From: Leucoraja erinacea
Taxonomy: Eukaryota
Direction: 5' to 3'
DNA length: 64,000 bases
NCBI RefSeq assembly: GCF_028641065.1
Contig: NC_073403.1
Span: 30,752,001 to 30,816,000 of the forward strand
The notes below the pieces were generated by a model. It had not been told where the DNA came from and made no database searches. It saw nothing but the letters and a program-made list of their open reading frames with translations. Below, piece by piece: positions 60,822 to 64,000 of the stretch (its first letter is position 1; each line of letters opens with the position of its first letter). The translations under genes were made by a program, and so were the position numbers.

Positions 60822-63800
60822 ATGGTTTTGGGCAGTGTTTGCAGAGTTTGGATTGTGTGTGTGTTGTTGTCCGGGTCCCTGAGCCTGGGCTGTGAGAGGC
60901 TGCAGTTACTGCAAGTTCTCAACACGGACACTCTGGGCAAACTGAACGAAATGGTGAGTTGTACACGCTCCCAGAGGCGGATATTTGTTGTTAAAAAGTC
61001 AGTGATTACATGGAGCCTGTTCTCTAGTATTTCGCTCTCTGGGGATGTTTATATTCTGCACTCTGTATCTCCCCCTTCGCTCCACCCATTGTACTTGTTT
61101 GCATTTACAACATTATTATCTGTTTAGAATGGATAGCAACAAAAGCTCTGGGGTTGTGAGTAACGTTGGAATCTTTTCTCTCAGGGTGGCCACCTACCCC
61201 GACAGTGTGTGACTGAGCGGCGGTCGCTGAAAACCAAGCCCTTGAACCTGGTGAAACTTTCCATGGGGGTTACGGTGAGTTAACTCTGCATTTTACTTAA
61301 ACGTCGTTCACTCAAGATCTTTATGTTAAGTAATTGAAGAACCCCATTTAATTCTTTGCCAGAGAAAGTGATATCAGTTCTTCCACCCCACGGTACTCTC
61401 TATTTCTGACTCCATTACTGAGCTCGTTCACACTGAATGTATCTCACTGGAGTTAACACACCTCTTCCATCTCTCTCTCTCCCATTCACTAGTAGCCTGT
61501 GCTCTGCATCTTCTCATCATTCTACATGCTCTACTACTGTGTTGCACCCTCAATCATCTTCTGCCGTTCACACTTACACCCTCTATACCTGTTTTACCTC
61601 TATTCCAGTTATCTCACCCACCTATTGAGTTTACATCTTGACTTAACCTCCTGGGAATACTCTACTCCCCTCAAAGCATCTCACAACTTGTGTCCACCAT
61701 AGGCGGTGTCACCATTGACACCACACTAACCTGTTGATGACTAAGCGCAGAGAGGGATTCTGAGATTCACTTCTGGTCTAGTTAAATATTTCCACATCTC
61801 AGCAAGTCCATTGGGTTCAAGGAGGAGAAAGCACAGGGAGACAGAGGAGAGGTGTACAACATTATGAGTGTCTTAGTACGGGTAGACAGCCTTTATATTT
61901 CCCCTGTAGCAGAGATATCTGTAACCAGAGGCCATGAGTTTGAAGAAAAATGTAAATGTTTAGATTGCCTACAAAGAAACATCTTTGTCCAGTCTATAGC
62001 TGGATTCTGGAGTGCACTGCCTAGTATTGGGATCACCATGGTACAGCAGGCTCAATTGTTGGTCTGCCTTGATAGATAATGGAAGGAGTGAAAGTAGACA
62101 CCAGGAACTACAGATGCTGGTTTACAAAAAAAACAAAAAACTGCTGGAGTAATTAAGCAGTTACCTCAGCACTTTGTGTCTTTTGTTTTACACAATGCGA
62201 GGTAGAGATAGAGAGGGCTGAAGGACCTATATTGTATCTCCATCGTGCTGTGGTTGTTGACATACCCCCCAACTCAAGTTTTGAAGTGTAGAAGGTGTGT
62301 GTGCTGAATTCTTCCTGTTATTATTATGGGGTGGTTGTTACACATCCGCTACCTGAAGGTCTTGATATGATGAATGTTCAGACAAATTACAAGACTCTTC
62401 CTCCCTCCTTTAATCTTTTTAAGTCCCCCATCCCCTAACCAACTCGCCTTTGTGCCATTCCTGGACCTACAGATTTACCATACAATTGTTCATAAGCCCA
62501 TATGTTATTGGAACAGATTTAGGCCATTCGGCCCATTGTGTCTACTCTGCCATTCAGTCATTCATTACCTATCTTTATCTCTCAACCTCATTCTATTGCC
62601 TTCTCCCCTTAAACGCTGACATCCGTACAAATTTAGAATTCTGTCTAACAATGCCTTAACAATGCACTTTGAATTGGCCTCCACACTCAACAGTGGCAAT
62701 TAATACCACAGATTCACCATCTGTCTTAAGAAATTCATCCTCATCTCCTTTCTAATGGTACGCCCCATAATTCTGAGGCTATTGCCTCTGGTCCAAGACT
62801 CTTCCACTAATGGAAACATCCTCTCCACATCCACTCTTTCCAGGCCTTTCATTATTTAGTAAATTACAAAGAGGTCATTCCTCATCTTTCTGAACGACAG
62901 CAAGTACATGCCCAGTGACATCAAACACCCATCACATGTTCACCCAATCGTGCCTGGGATCATTCTTGTAGAACTCCGCTGGACCCTATCCAATGCCAGC
63001 ATATCCTTCCTCAGACATGGGGACCAAAACTGCTCACATTACTCCAAATGTGGTCTGACCAGTGCCTTGTAAATCCTCAGCATTACATCCCAGCTTTGAT
63101 GGAATTATGAACTTTGATGGAAATTGCAATTGAATTTGCTCTTGCCTTCAGAAGTTATTGTTCAATTGTTTCACACAATCAATTCAGGCAACTGTTTCCT
63201 TTTATACATCTTTACTGACATTGTACACCTCTATAAAATCTCCACGTCACATTCACTGTTTGATGAGATTAGTCAGATCTTCTCCCATCTCTCCCTGTAA
63301 TTCTGGTCCTTCAGCATAGATTGTATTCTTGCAAAGTTTTCACATTCCATCAAAGACCGTGACACTGTGTCCTGCATCTGAGGCTGTACTGCTTGTTAAT
63401 TGATCATACACTGTTTAAACCTCTAACTACAGATTACAATTCCACTGGCTCTGACCTTCTTTCAGTTCTGTGTGTATAGCAAGCCTCCAGTCGAGAGTTA
63501 ATTGTCTGAAATAGGTGCTTGATTGTGACTTATCCTATTCTGCTAATATTGTTAAGCATTATATTTCAATTTAAACCAGATTGGATCCAGGATCTGGCTA
63601 ATGTCTCTATGTGTGTTTTGCACAGGCCCAGGACAGGATCCAGATTGTCCATCAAACACTGCATCACCTCCGCAGGATCTACAGCATGAACCTGAGCTCA
63701 GTAACGTGGGTCCAGGCCACAGTGGAACACTTCAGGCTTCTCCTGGATCGGCAGTTCAGAGAGCTGGAAGTCTGTGTCAGGAAACCAAGCACAGGGTCCA

Positions 63801-64000
63801 GGGCAAGGAAGAATGCCACAGTTCATAAATACTTCAGGAAACTGAGAAAGTTTCTGAAACTGAAGGTGAGCTAATTGTCATGAAACTATGTGATTACTAA
63901 CAGATTTTACAGACAAATTATTTCTGTTCATTATCTAATACATTTTCTCGATATTTTCCCTTTTGCAGGGATTCAGTGACTGTGCCTGGGAAATAACTCG
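60822..64000 (+). CDS. Type I interferon H: exons 60822-60953 (alternative ATG 60816), 61185-61274, 63626-63865, 63969 to window end
   Basis: GT/AG phase-0 junctions; MVLGSVCRVW..., GGHLPRQCVTERRSLK, AQDRIQIV...YFRKLRKFLKLK, GFSDCAWEIT (truncated). Confidence 0.92.

Overview
Vertebrate genomic DNA. The CR1/HER1-like LINEs, V-SINEs and Penelope repeats suggest a cartilaginous fish, probably a skate or ray (inference). The window holds a cluster of eight type I interferon loci, called A-H here. They share a 4-exon, phase-0 structure: exon 1 encodes a signal peptide plus CERL..., exon 2 ..xC..E.., exon 3 is 240 nt, and exon 4 carries the DCAWE motif. C and D are complete and intact, and H is intact up to the window edge. 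A and G are partial, E has a scrambled exon 2 (possibly an assembly error), and B and F are pseudogenes. Six loci carry a ~1 kb CpG-rich upstream cassette with IRF and NF-kB-like motifs. Three different Gypsy LTR retrotransposons, one fully intact, sit head-to-head just upstream of three IFN genes; a hAT MITE, a CR1 and a Penelope fragment also landed in cassette copies. Other observations: a copper amine oxidase exon fragment fused to the B promoter, an apparent exon-1 gene conversion in the divergent gene C, and minimal hammerhead-ribozyme motifs in Penelope-derived repeats. All calls are by eye; no database search was run.
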